Origin: Chrysomallon squamiferum
Taxonomy: Eukaryota; Animalia; Mollusca
Direction: 5' to 3'
Length of the DNA stretch: 64,000 nt
NCBI GenBank assembly: GCA_012295275.1
Contig: CM022665.1
Span: 15,376,001 to 15,440,000 of the forward strand
The notes beneath the pieces were generated by a model. That model saw only the letters and a list, made by a program, of their open reading frames with translations. It was not told where the DNA came from and searched no databases. The translations under genes were made by a program, and so were the position numbers. Of the stretch, positions 39,531-53,118 are shown piece after piece (positions within the stretch are counted from its first letter, which is position 1; each line of letters begins with the position of its first letter).

Positions 39531-41776
39531 TGTGAATATCAAGAAGTAAATACAGTTCCATTCCCAAAAAGAAATTTTGAAATTTATCTAGTCATTTTAT
39601 CACTACTACGCACACTATTGTGTTTGCATGAGAGATATGTAAAGAAGATAACTGAAAATAATTTGATATTAGGACGTTCGTTTTTCAAAATCTTTGAAAC
39701 CGTTCAGTTTGACATGTGCCTACGACGTTTCAACGTGTCAGTCTTGTGTACATTATCCGAATATCAAGGATGAAACTGTTACCGACATTTTTATCAAATA
39801 TTTTTCCGAATTAATCCGACACCGGAAGTAAATTTCAAACACGACTGTTCACAAATCGTATTACGCCTCTAGCGCTATACTTGTGTCGTTTCTAGCATAT
39901 ACCATGATACCAGTCGTTTGTCCAAGGCTAGAAAATCAGTTTTCTTCTTGTTGAAAGACAAGAGCTGCTATTTCGGACTCTTCACTCACCAGATGTCACT
40001 AGCAGCTGTCTTTATGGTACTTAGCGACTGATCGAGCTTAACAGAACACCACTTAACAACGTTACAGTGTTTGCCCTTCCATCACAGGCTCTTTGTTTTG
40101 ATAACTTAACGATTTGTTTTGGTTTGTTAACTGCATTTGTGGATCAGAAGTGAAAACTGTACGGAAAGAGAATAATATTTAAAAGTAAATAGTATAAAAA
40201 TGAACTTAAAACCAAAACAACAACAATATCTTCAATAATAATAATAATAATAACTGTAATGTTTTACTAATTTTATTGTACATGATAAAAAAGTTAAAAA
40301 TAATTAAAATATATTAAAATAAATAAATAAATAAATAAATAAAATAAAGTAAAAATAAATAAACAAAGCAAGTAGCAATATTTTAAATAAAATAATTTTC
40401 ATTATATAAAATATATAATAATTTACAGGCAGTATCTTTTTACTATCTCAAAATGAAAAAGGTTTTAATTGTCTAATACATTTAATCATGATATATAACA
40501 TAAAAGTAAAAATTAATATTTTTTCTAATAGCAGTTACGAAACTCTGTCATTACTCACTTCTGACGCAGCTAATGTAAAAGTCGTCTAAAAGTTCTAATT
40601 AAACCCTTTTAATGTAAGTGCAGTTTGCTGTTCTGTGTATTTCTGGCAATAAAATCATCCTGGCCACATCATAAGAACAAATAAGCCTGTGGCCGAAATA
40701 AATGTGTATGTTAAAAATGTAAGAGTTAGAGTAATTAATTACAGCTGATTTAGATTTCGAATTTATGTCGAACGACCAATTTCATAGTAAAAGTGTGACG
40801 CCCAAATAATGAAGAAATCGTTGATTTGTTAGCCTCTCTCTCTATCTCTGTATTTTTATTTCCTCTTTCACTCTTATCCTTATTTCTTTCTTTAACTCTA
40901 TCGTTCTTTCGTTGTATTTGTATTTCCTCTCTCTCTCTCTGTTTCTCTCACTCTCAGACACACACGACATACAAAATATTAATCTTTTCCTTTCTTTCTG
41001 TACGCGTTTTTCTTTATTTGTCTGCAATTATATATTTTTTCCTCCGAACTATAAATTTATGGAAATATTGGTCGTCTGAACTTGTTCAGTGAGAAACAAA
41101 AAAGAAAAGAAGGATTAATGCGAATAAAAAGGAAATAAAAGAAAAACAAAACTTAAGTTTGGAAATTGCTAAATCTAAGAAGAAATAAATTTGAAAACGA
41201 TTAAAAAGTAAATGTCTGTTTAACATAAAAAGATAGACATCAAAAGAAAAATATACAATTATTCCTAACAAACGACCAATCTTTTAAACGCGATAGTTTA
41301 TGAATTATCTCTGTGATCGAAATGCATTTTGCAGGCGAGAATCGGCAAACACACACGCATAATTGTGCCGCACAAATAAATTTGTTGTTTGAAGTAGAGA
41401 AATTAAATTTTATCTTATGACAACTGTTTATGACTGATTGTGTAAAGAATGTTTCACTTTTGAGCAAATTCAGAACTTGATCGTTTTAATGCTCTGCTAT
41501 AGTCTCTCTCTCTCTCTCTTTTAGTTTATTTTTATTTTTCCAACTGCAGTGACAACAAGATCAATGAAATAAATGTTAAGTTATACAGTTTGCTGCACTT
41601 GTAGTTGGTCAATATTATATTATAAAATGTATGATTAATAATAAACTTTAATTCTAATGTTTAGTAAAATACTTTTCGTCTTTACTATTACTATTATTAA
41701 AATTGTTGTTGTTATTGTTATTACTGTTGTTCTAATTGTTGTTGTTGTTGTTATTGTCGTTATGCTATTAATTTAT

Positions 41777-41847
<71 letters not shown>
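41777..41847. repeat. (TAC)n microsatellite
   Basis: Direct reading. Gives the spurious poly-Tyr ORF. Confidence 0.95.
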
Positions 41848-42099
41848 TAACTACTACTATTGCTATTGAAAAAACCTCCACTTATTCTCACCTTCTCACC
41901 ACACTCTGTCTTGGTTGCTTGCTTTCCTTTTTGTGGTACAGAAAATTAGCAACATTTTACTTACGATTTCATTTTTGACATCATTAAGATATTTTCGAGC
42001 TTTTTTCATCAAACTGAATCATAACTGATGTACTTTGTGTTCTTAAATTTTTTTATAGAAATTGTAGATATTTTATGTAATAAATTTTCAATAACTGAT

Positions 42100-42650
42100 G
42101 TTTTCTCAGTACACTCCATGTTTCCTCCTGAGCGCTGGATTGAACATGGTTGGTGAGAGTGAAATATATCGGTCATTTTCATCCTGAAGCAAATAAGGCC
42201 TTATGATCCCAATTTGCCCTATGACGCACCATTCAGTCAGCTTTTATCTGACCATGTGGAGTTTCAACAGGTTCACGAGGTTGAGCTTAAGCCAAGAAAG
42301 GTCTGATTTGTTTGTTAATGTGTCCACTGATATGACACTGAAGAATATCAAGTCCATAATGCCCGGGTTGTCCTTCTACCCTTTCAGTGATGTTTTAATA
42401 AAATGCCAACCGCTCTTCTTTATAATGATACGACTGCCCTTAGCTTAGCAAAATCCGTATTTTATAGGGAAAGAGTTTAATATCTTATACTAAGATTCAT
42501 ATTCAAAATGTTCATTTGTTGGGAGAGTAGTGGATTTATTTCTGGAGAGTTCAGGAGATGTTCCCGCAAAGTCTGAGTAATGTTGGGAGTTCGAGTGGAA
42601 CGTGGCCGACCCAACTGTGAATTTTATTCTTGCTCCTCAAATTCTTTATT
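42100..42650 (-). mobile_element. Decayed Tc1/mariner transposase fragment (rosa/DD41D- or maT-like), with frameshifts and stops
   Basis: Colinear minus-strand motifs: GRPRSTRTP (42611-42585), FPYKIRIL (42472-42449), NPGIMDLIFFS (42369-42337), HISGHINKQ (42334-42308), WCVIGQIGIIRPY (42231-42193), QDEN, PALRRK (42138-42121). These match the family pattern SGRPRS..TP / PYKIQ / FSDEAHFHLSGHVNKQ / VWCAI...GIIGPYFFEDE. Confidence 0.85.
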
Positions 42651-42988
42651 TTTATTTTTATTTTGACCACCCTCCATATTAAAGTTTAATATTAATGGGA
42701 AAATCTACAAAATATTGTCAGTAGATTTATTAGTTGACAGTATGGTGAAAAAAACAAAACTTCAAACAGACAAATAACATAAAATACTATAGCGGGCTAC
42801 ATTTCATTTATATTTACAAAATATGACCTGTGAAAGAACTGCGGATCAATTTAAAGAAAAAACACCAAAAAACCCCGGAAAATGTAAAAGAAAAAACCCA
42901 ATAAATAAACAGCATTATATGAAATATATTGTTGATATTTTTAAGGTGTTTTTCAGATTTCGTGAAATCCTTCATTGACCTCTTTGAT

Positions 42989-43084
42989 CTATTTCCTATT
43001 CCAGTCAGTGCCACACGATTGTTTTACGGTATATATTTTCTTGTCTCTGGGAAGATATGCAAAAAAAGATCCCTTACTGCTAAC
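42989..43084 (+). mobile_element. tRNA-derived SINE fragment (central domain)
   Basis: ctatttcctattccagtcagtgc...tgggaagatatgcaaaaaaagatcccttactgctaa is homologous to the 57781-57880 copy. Confidence 0.65.
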
Positions 43085-43116
43085 CTCTCCTTTCAACCAC
43101 ATTCCACTTACTTGTA

Positions 43117-43180
<64 letters not shown>
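43117..43180. repeat. (AAT)n microsatellite
   Basis: Direct reading. Confidence 0.95.
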
Positions 43181-45277
43181 TGAAATTGGAAGGCAGCAGT
43201 TTTAAACAAAATGTTTAACATGTAAAACCTTTTATTAATATTCAGCCATGTTCAGAAATATATTCCTTTATCATCTGTTGAATATTTCTGTTCTCTTTAA
43301 AGTTTGGATAGAAATTTCTTGTGACATTTGTGTTCTTTATACCGACCCAGACAAACACGAAAATTAACGACACAGCATATCAAAGAGTTATATGGATCAA
43401 TGAAGGTGATTAATGTGTTTGTATGATGAAAGACATTTTGAGATGTTTGCTATGGCATAGAAGCATGACTTAAAGTTAGTATTGACCATTGATGATAACT
43501 TTTAAATTACATTTATAATTATGTGTGTGGGTGTGTTACTGATAAACACCTTAAAAATAGTTTACATTATGCTTAATCCAAGTACGCTTTCTTGTTACGG
43601 TACTAGAATCTATTTCTGGGTGTGTATGTGTGTGTGTGTGTGTGTGTACACATACACATGTCTGCTTGTTTGTAAATGTGTATACATCTATATTCTTGTA
43701 TATAATAAATAATTCGAATAAATAGGTCTATAAAAAAAGATCATAATAATAAATAAATAAATAAAAACATATTATATGATATGCATTTTATGATACAAAC
43801 ATATTTTTTTAAAATTATTATTCAGTCAAATAACGTGTGTAATGCTGGAGGGTGGAGTGTATTTAACATTATGGGGTCACAATTTTATTCTGCGAGACCA
43901 GGCAACAAATTCACACCGCCTTTGTTACCTGTTTAATTTCAGAACCGTTCCCTAAATATGAAACCATCATTAATATTACAGGCAATAAAAATACTACTTC
44001 TCAATCGCTTGTCTCGGAAATTACCAGCTCACGTTTCTTCACAAAGAGATGAAAAAAAAAAACCGGTGGGTTTGGAAAACGTTGTCTTTCTTCGTTTTGT
44101 ATTTTCCACCCAAATTAAATTGGCTTCAATGTTTGCGTTTCTTGTCTTTCAAGATGCAGTAAATGAGTAATTTAAAGTGTCTGGCTTACATAATCCCACG
44201 CCTCATTTACAAGACAAATGGACAAAAGTTGTTTGGTTTTTCTTTTTCTTTTTTAACTTTTGTTTTGATATTTTTTTATGGTGGTTTTTAAGACACGCTC
44301 TGAACGTTGGGAGCTCTATTTTTATTTTATTTTTATTTTACGTAATCCAATGCTAGAAACAGTTACTTTTGATACTTTGAAGACATTTTTTTTATTGTTT
44401 TAAAAATAAACATTGAAATATTCCACGAATCATTATTCTTTTTTTTATCCTTGGAAAGATCACAGATTTAATATTGGTGAAGATAATATTATTGCAGTTG
44501 TTACGGAAATTGCTTTTCTGGAGAAAAACAGAGAAAAAAAAATCTATAAAAGGAAACGAAAAAAGACAAAACAGACGAAAAAAAATTATAAATAGAAAAG
44601 TATGATTCTCTTTCATGTTTTCATTGGTAATGGCGACAGGCGTGTGTTTTCGAAAATATATTTGGTAAATAATGTTATGTTAATGTGAAATATTAATATT
44701 AACATAAAATAAATAAATAAATAATATAGTTATGATAATAAGCGTAACAACATAAGTCGTAACAGAAGTAGTAGTAGCTATAGAAGTTGTACTAGTAGTA
44801 ATAGCAGCAACAGCAGTAGTAGTACTAACAGTAGCAGTGGTAGTAGTAATAGTAATAATAGTAGCAGTAGAGGTAATAGTAGCAGTAGCAGTAGCAGTAC
44901 AGCAATAGTAGCCGTAGTAAGAAAAATAGATATACTAGTGGTAAACAAATTAGAGAAAGAAAGAAAAACAGTCAACAAATATTTCATTTTCAATCACATT
45001 AGAAATACTGATACATCAATACAGATAAGTGATTAATTTAAAATAATATACAAGTTACACAAATAAATAAGGTGCAGAGACGAACACACAGTAGCTATTT
45101 GTTTCTCATAACAACATAAACACTAATTAACATAAATAAATACAACTCTGTAATGCCCTATTGTTCCCGATGCAAGAGGTTCTTCATTACAAATGAAGAC
45201 CAAAGGTTTTGAATATGATCCTAGTTCTATTATTCTGTAATAAAAATTCTGCAACGATAAATTTATTTATTTATTAC

Positions 45278-45312
<35 letters not shown>

Positions 45313-45750
45313 GTAGTAGTAGTAGTAGTAGTAGTAGTAGCAGTAGCAGTAGTAGTAGTAGCAGCTGCATTAAAAAAAATTAAAATTAAAAATTAAATGT
45401 AATATAGGTAATTTTAAAAGATATCAAAACCGAATGCAATATCTCAGGTTTTTGGTGGTTCTTCACTATATGTAATTGTCCCGCGGAACAAGGGAGTATC
45501 ATATTTTAGCTGCATGCTGTAATTATGGAGCTAGATAAAGGAAAAGAAATTTGACCGCACAGTTTTTCTCACAGACGTCAAATTGATAGGACACCCAGAA
45601 ACTGTTACGCCACTTGAGTCCGTTCAAGCAAATACACTGATGCAACTGCGAGGTTCAGTCGTGGCTCGAGCGTAATAAAACCAGTCTATAGGTCTATATT
45701 TGGAATGTACGCGGAATATTAACAATAATTATTCAGTGATGAGGAATAAA

Positions 45751-46062
45751 AAAGGAAAGAAAGAAGAAATATTGTATTTAACAACGCTCTGAAAACAGTT
45801 TTGGTCCAGTGTTATACGTCATAAGGCATATTGTTAACGACATACGAATGATGAGAGTGAAAACTCTCTGGCGCCATACAGTGCTGTAATTATTTTATGT
45901 ATCCCTCCACAGATAGGAAGACACTTTCCATGGTCTTTGATAAACTAGACGTAGGACGCAGGCTGGAAAAGGCAACAGCGCAGTTAGAGCTCTGAGGATA
46001 AAGATGATATGACCAAAAACACGCAAGGTCTGCATTCGCTCATAAGCTGTGGTACCTGTGTC
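45751..46062 (-). mobile_element. Near full-length decayed tRNA-derived SINE with internal deletion
   Basis: The reverse complement shares ccagcc, gtttatcaaaga and the tail gttaaat..aa.atttc with the 57668-58011 copy, ending in a TTC/TTCC-type simple-repeat tail. Confidence 0.65.
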
Positions 46063-46739
46063 TCTGTGGGTGTATGTATGAATGTATGTATATATGTATG
46101 TATGTATGTATGTATATACCTGTGTATGTGTGTATATGTATGTATGTACGCTGTGTATATATGTATGTAATATGTATGTGTGTATGAATGTATGTATCTG
46201 CATATGTATGTTAGTATGTAGGTAAGTACGTATGTATGCATGTCTATATGTCTATATTTTCTTTAGGTATTTATGTATTTATGTATGAATGTATATTTAA
46301 ATGTGTATATGAATATATATCATTTCAAAATTATATATCTTGTATGTCTGTGTTTGTGAGTGTGTGTGCGTGTGAATATTTTCGAAAGAATGTAGTAGGT
46401 CTTGTGTAACCGAAATTCAATATATGCCGCTATTAAAATTTTTGTCCCATAGTAATAAAAATTTAATAACTGATAAATATTTATAATTTTAACACGACAC
46501 TTAACAACACACTTGATGACCGGGTTACCTTTGTCTGAAATATGCACAACCATGTTGCTAATGTTGCATTGGAATTTGAGTCCTGATTTCACTACAAAGT
46601 GATATCATTATTAAACTTTTGTTTATTGGACACATATCTTAAAGTGTACCTACAGCGGTACGAGTGAACACTTTATTTTAAGTTTTAAAAGGTTTGAACA
46701 ATCTGTCATCGTTAATTACAAAAAAAATGGCGGGCGCGC

Positions 46740-46773
<34 letters not shown>

Positions 46774-46945
46774 CTGTACTCTTTTATTGCTATACTTCTT
46801 TCTCAATAAATAAATAAATAAAGAAATTAAATAAATTTTAAAAAATAATTTAAAAATTGAAATAAAAAAAGACAACAAATAAAACCTAAGTTTAAAAATG
46901 CAGAATATATTTAAATTATTATCTTCTAATCTTCAAAGAAAATTA

Positions 46946-47423
46946 AAATAAAGATAATTATTAATATTTATAGGCATGTGGTTAAACCGTGCTTTTAAAA
47001 ATAAGTTAACCGTGAAGGTTAAATGAAAAAAACAAAAACAACAACAACAACATTTGATACATGATATATAACAAAGTTTGTTTTTACTGGCCACCTTCAG
47101 CCAATCTTCTAATCTGATTAAGAAAAATCAACAGGTTAATAAACAATGTATTAACCGCACCTGCTTCAGAGCAGACGTTGTACATATTCTGCAAGTCAGA
47201 AACAATGACGTACTCAACAGTTTTGAGTTATTCGTATACTACTTAAAACATTAAGATAAGTTTTGTTAATGATGGTGATATAACTATAATTAAAACGACT
47301 GTTATGTGACTTTAAACTTAAAGACTCTAAAACAAAGAAGACATCAAATCAATCAGAATGAGGTAAATAAAGATAATTATTAATATTTATAGGCGAGTGG
47401 TTAAACCGTGCTTTTAAAAATAA
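46946..47423. repeat. 59-bp direct repeat pair (46946-47004 and 47365-47423)
   Basis: aaataaagataattattaatatttataggc(at/ga)gtggttaaaccgtgcttttaaaaataa, 2 mismatches. Confidence 0.9.
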
Positions 47424-49358
47424 ATACAGAAATATTCCACAAATTATTATTATTTGAACGGGTGTACTGGAACGGGCATCAGAAAAAAAATAAAAATAAT
47501 AATAATAATAATTTGGATGATATAAAAGTACTAAAAGACGTTAGGTATTTTCTAACTGACAGAGTGATGATTTCAGGGGTGAAGGGTCGCAAGGTTGATT
47601 CTTCACGATCCATTATGTTATATACTGTTTTAGCCTGTTTGTTTGAATGTGTTTTTTTGTTTGTTTTTTTGTTGTTGTTTTTTTTAAAATATATATATAG
47701 TTTTAGAATTCTGTCACTTACGATAGTGATTTTCACAAATATTTATTTTAGTTAAAAAACAATCCACATTTATTCATATATTTCAGTAACTTAACCGAAC
47801 TTGTATGGATTTTATTCCATAAATCTCTAGACTACTGCCCCTGATAAAGATTCTTTATGTAGATCAGAGGCCAAGTCTGTGAAATCTAGTCGGTGAAAAC
47901 ATCAAGACTCGCTGTGTCTGAAAGTACGACTATCACGATAAAAGATATAAAATATATCACTTTAATACACACTATCGGATATATTTATCTCTAATTATCA
48001 ATTTTATAGTAACCCGGGATTCTCGTGTTTTATTGTCCTGAAGAAGATTAAGCAGGTTTCAGCGGAAAATGTATCTTGCTGTGGAAAACCCTTTCAGGAT
48101 AGTGGATAAGTCTGTTTCACTGTCGTATACAGGTCTTCCAGAAGGTCTGACTGTTTGTTGTGTTTAAAGACAGCATCACATTTCTTTCATTAATTTTCTG
48201 CCATCAGTTATTTAATAGATTAAGTCTTTATTAACAAATAGTTAAAATATTTGAAAGTTTCTTTTTTAGGTCTTGAACAATTACAACATTTAAACTCAAT
48301 GACACGGCCGTAACGTTTATTTCTAATAACCCGTATTTCATATTCTCAATCTTTTGCCCTCAACTTTGGCCTTTCCCTTTGACCTAATCCGCAACGTCCA
48401 TTTGGTCAGTTTGAATCTTCTTTCGAACTTCTGAGTTCGAAAGCAATGATTACGACATTGGAATACAAATTACAGATTCAGTTATTTCCAAAACATCGAC
48501 AAATCTCTGACCGTGTTAAATATGGCGATAGACAATTAAAGCACACGCGGCGTATTGCAATTAGGATGATTTAATCTGATAATTTCCTTCAGCTAATGGA
48601 CTCGAACGCGAGAGTCGTCGCGAAACCAGACGGCGGCACGTCGCGGAATTCCACCAGACCCAGATCATCATGGCCGCGTCCAATCAGGTTAATGGTTCAC
48701 TCAGTTATCTGCCCATGGTCGGGAACGCACCAATAATGTGTGGCTTAATTTGGTGTTAAACATTTGATAATAAAGATGACCAACCGTGACCTTTTGGGTT
48801 TAAGATGACCGGGTTCATTTTCAGAGGAAAAGCATGGGAATTGCATATAATGTGTCTGGTGTAATATAATGTAATTATTACTGTCAGCTGCTGTTGTCTT
48901 TACGTCTGTCCTTGTGTTGAAATGTCCATATGATTCAATGTTAATTAACTTTATTAATAAAAAAATAACTACAAACAATGGGATTTAAACTGATTTATCA
49001 AGATTAAATGACGGTCTGGTTTTAAAGTGACAAAATGTTCAGCACTGTTATCATCGTGAGATATAAAACTCTTTCATATCCAACTGCGTTTTTTTAAAAG
49101 TCACATTCTCCGGTGTCTAATATATGTTTGTTATCACACACAAAGCGATTATTTAGAACATTACTTTTGTATTTGATATTTGATACGATCAGATTTATCT
49201 ATTAAATCATGTTTGTGTAAGTGAAACAGAAAGAAAGAACTTTAATACAGTGATATCTGTTGTGTGTGAAAAATGCAAAAGAGGAAAACAAAAGAACAAC
49301 AGTTGAATTAGATAACAATAAAATATAAAACAAATAACCAGGGAGGGAGCGAAGATGG

Positions 49359-49359
<1 letters not shown>

Positions 49360-49449
<90 letters not shown>

Positions 49450-49504
49450 TAAATCAGAGTGAATAATAAATAAATGAATAGTAATGGTAATAAGGATGAT
49501 GATA

Positions 49505-49551
<47 letters not shown>

Positions 49552-49565
49552 AATAATAATAATAA
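49360..49565. repeat. (AG)n followed by (GAT)n/(AAT)n microsatellites
   Basis: Direct reading. Confidence 0.95.
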
Positions 49566-50954
49566 AAATCATCAGTTGTCAACAAAACTCACATTTTATA
49601 CGTCAGCATAAGACAGAACCCAACACAGGCCTCTCACTTACTTCAGCTACGGTCCGGAGTGTTGTGATCAAACGTCAAGAACCGCTCATCATTCGTTGAA
49701 TTATTACGTTCTGATATAATTCAATCAGATGTGACCATCTAATTAGCGAGGGTCAAAGCTAACACACGTGACAGACCGGATTAACGGGATATTTCTAGGA
49801 TTTATTTTATATTGATGGCTTGTCCAGTAAATCAGAGTGGTCGGATTAAAGTGACTGGTATTTTAATAACAGGGATTACCTTCCTTTATTAATGTATTTT
49901 CCTTTTATTAAGTGTTAATTGTGTAGTGGAATATCTGCAAGGGCCGCAAGAGAAGGCTTAAAATCCTGAAGTCTTAAAAATTGTTCACGTTGTTATGTGT
50001 ATATATGTATCTGTGTATGTGTGCGTTTTTGTGTATAATATTATGTCCATGTATGTATATATGTATCATTGTGTGTCTGTGTGTGTGTGTATGTGTGTAT
50101 ATAAATGTATATAATTTCAAGACCAAGGTCTAAACAACAGTTACAAAATAAAAACAAAAAAAGTAAGTTAATATCCACATTAAAAAGGAAAAACAAAGCA
50201 AGGGAGAATAAAATAAAATGTAACAAAAATAAAATTAATATTTTTTTTATCGCGTCTTCCGCCTCTTTTATTGTAACAAGTAAAATAATATTAATAACAT
50301 CATTTACAACAATCATAAAATAAATAATTAATAACTTTCGACACAAAAAAAAAAAAAAATAAAAAAAATAAAATAAATAAAGAGTAAAAAACCCAACCTA
50401 TAGCATGAATCATACGAAGTGCATAGATTTCGTTTATTTAATTTTTAATTTTTATTTATTTATTTATTTTTTTACTTAAATGTAATTAAATTAATATATT
50501 CCTGAAAATTATGCTGTTCATATTAACAACGTCCTTTTAAATCTCCTTAAGAGGTTGAGGTTATAAACAAGATGTAGTAAAAACCAAAGCGAAACCTGTT
50601 TATTAATTTTTGTTTATGTTTTTGAATACTGGTCTTTTGTTCGTTTGTAATTTCACAAAGTAATATATTATTATTATTATTAAATGTTTTAACCGCTGTA
50701 AACTGAGCTACAACATTTGTTAGTGTGATATATTAAATATCTTCCTCGTGTTTCTTGGTTCATTATCTCTCTTTCCTCTTCTCTAATGCTTTCATTTCCT
50801 GTTTCTGTTTCTTAAGTGTAAAAATGAAAAGCAGAGAGAAAGATGATATTGTAAATAAAGAGTAAGAGAGCACATCACAGAATAGAAACCGAAACGGAAA
50901 AACAAATAAGAGATAAGAGGGAGAATTATATATATATCAAAAAGAGGGCAACAG

Positions 50955-50957
<3 letters not shown>

Positions 50958-51040
<83 letters not shown>
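50958..51040. repeat. (AG)n microsatellite
   Basis: Direct reading. Confidence 0.95.
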
Positions 51041-51043
<3 letters not shown>

Positions 51044-52877
51044 GCAGAAAGAGAAACAGAGAAAGTAATGGACTCGAATACGATGAGAACATACAGCTGA
51101 AAAACAATGACAGAAACTAATATGTAAGATGGAGCGTGAGAAACACAAGGCAGCGAGACGGACGTGTATTCACACGGTCTTATAGTTCACATCTTTAATT
51201 TGAAAGTATATTTGGACAGAATCTTGTATAAAGACAACCTCGGTGACTTCGTGGCCCGCATCACGATTTTATTTACGGTGTCCGACCAGTGATTTACGAC
51301 TGTCTTGTATGGACTGCCGTCTCTCCGACGTTAATAAGGATTTGAAAAGAATTACCTGATGAATATCAAGGAATCCTTTTAATCCACTGACATTATATTT
51401 TATGTGGAATAAAGGAATATTCAGTGAGCACTTTTCAGCGGTAGAAACAATCTTTTGAACCTATCGACCTTCCAGAACTATAGTTTTTCAATTAAGTTCA
51501 AACTATATACGTTTACATAGTGAAAATCCGCGGTTTTTATCACAGCCTTGCACACAAAAGGATGTGTAAACAATATTATCATTATTTTCACTTCAATCAA
51601 AGCTTTTTCATTGCCTTAATTACCGGCAAAGGTCGCTTTGACCGATCGAGATTTTTTCTTCTGATTGTTTGTTTCTGAGGCACGTGTCTTGGCATAAACC
51701 ATGGGGCACGATTTGGGAATACCATGTTTTTATTGGATTTAACGATGATTTAAATCAAAGTGTTTTAAAGTGAGGTGTATTATAATTAAGAGCTCACAAC
51801 TGGATTTTTAGTTAAAATACAATATTGTCGTTTTCAAAAGAGGTTTATTAATAAATATTTGCAAGGAAGCAGAAACAAAGAAGGAAAGAAAACTGAAATA
51901 AGAAAGAAAGAATAAATGAATGAATGAACGAATGAAAGAAATTAAGATCAATAAAATATATATATATATAATATTAATAAATAAATAGAAGAAAGAATGA
52001 AATTAAGAAAAACAAATGATTAGTGTTTCGATAGAAACTTTTAAAAAAGAATCAACTACAAAGTCGAAAGAACTAAAAAATGAAAATGCTACCCAGTTGT
52101 GAATTTTTTAGTGACTGAAACAGTTATATATATTTCTCAAAACTCAGTACAAAAAAAAACAAAACAAACAAACAAACAAACAAAAAACAACAACAAATAT
52201 TAATAAGTAAATAAATAAATAATTAATTAATTATATTGTACAGCCAGAAATACATACATATTCATACAAACACACCCACCCACACCACACAAATACCCCA
52301 GTACAAACATACACATACACACATACATACAATAGATACACACACACAAATATATGCATACATACACACGTACATACATAAGTGCCTCTTGTTATGTACA
52401 TAAATAAATATATAAATAATTACAAATAAAACATAACAAAGTCATAAACAGAATATAATATAATATAATAGAACAGAATAGAATAAAATAAAATAAACCC
52501 AGCTAAACTTAAGTAAACTGATTTAAATTAAACTAAAATACATACATACGTACATAAGTTCATACATATGTACATAAATAAATACTCACTCACACACACA
52601 CACACATTTACTGGAGTAAATAACATGAAAAAATATCTAGACATTTGTTAACAATAAAACAGTAGCTCTTTGTTATCTTTCACAGAAAATCTCTGACATG
52701 AAATTACTATAAACTGGAGAGGTTACATAAACAACAGTTTAACCAGTTCTGACAGTTTATTAATAGTCAGTACAATGAAAGAAAGGAAGAAATAAAATAA
52801 TAATAATAATAATAATAAAATTAAATTAAAGAGGAAAAAAAAAAAAGGATGAAAGAAAGAAAAAGAAAGAAAGAATG

Positions 52878-53118
52878 AATGAAAGAAAAAAGAAAGCAAG
52901 CAGAAAAAGAAGCTTTATTCTGAACAAAGTAAAATAAGTTTAAGTAAGATTATTTTTAAAAAAATCAGTTAACAATTTAAAAACAAATGATAAAAAATAA
53001 TAATGTTAATAATAAGAAAATCATCTTGTAGATATTTGATAACAAACAAAGGAACAATAGGTCTTTACCGATATTAACTTTCATGAAAACGATTTTCTAT
53101 GGCTACCGCTTGATTTAT
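52878..53118. repeat. ~241-bp direct repeat, copy 1
   Basis: Aligns with 54676-54916 at roughly 90% identity by eye. Confidence 0.92.

Noticed and set aside
42203-42448. 81-aa plus-strand ORF
   Set aside because: It is the antisense shadow of the decayed minus-strand transposase.
51538-51560. miR-2-family-like TATCACAGCC
   Set aside because: No complementary 5' arm upstream, and the 3' part differs from miR-2.
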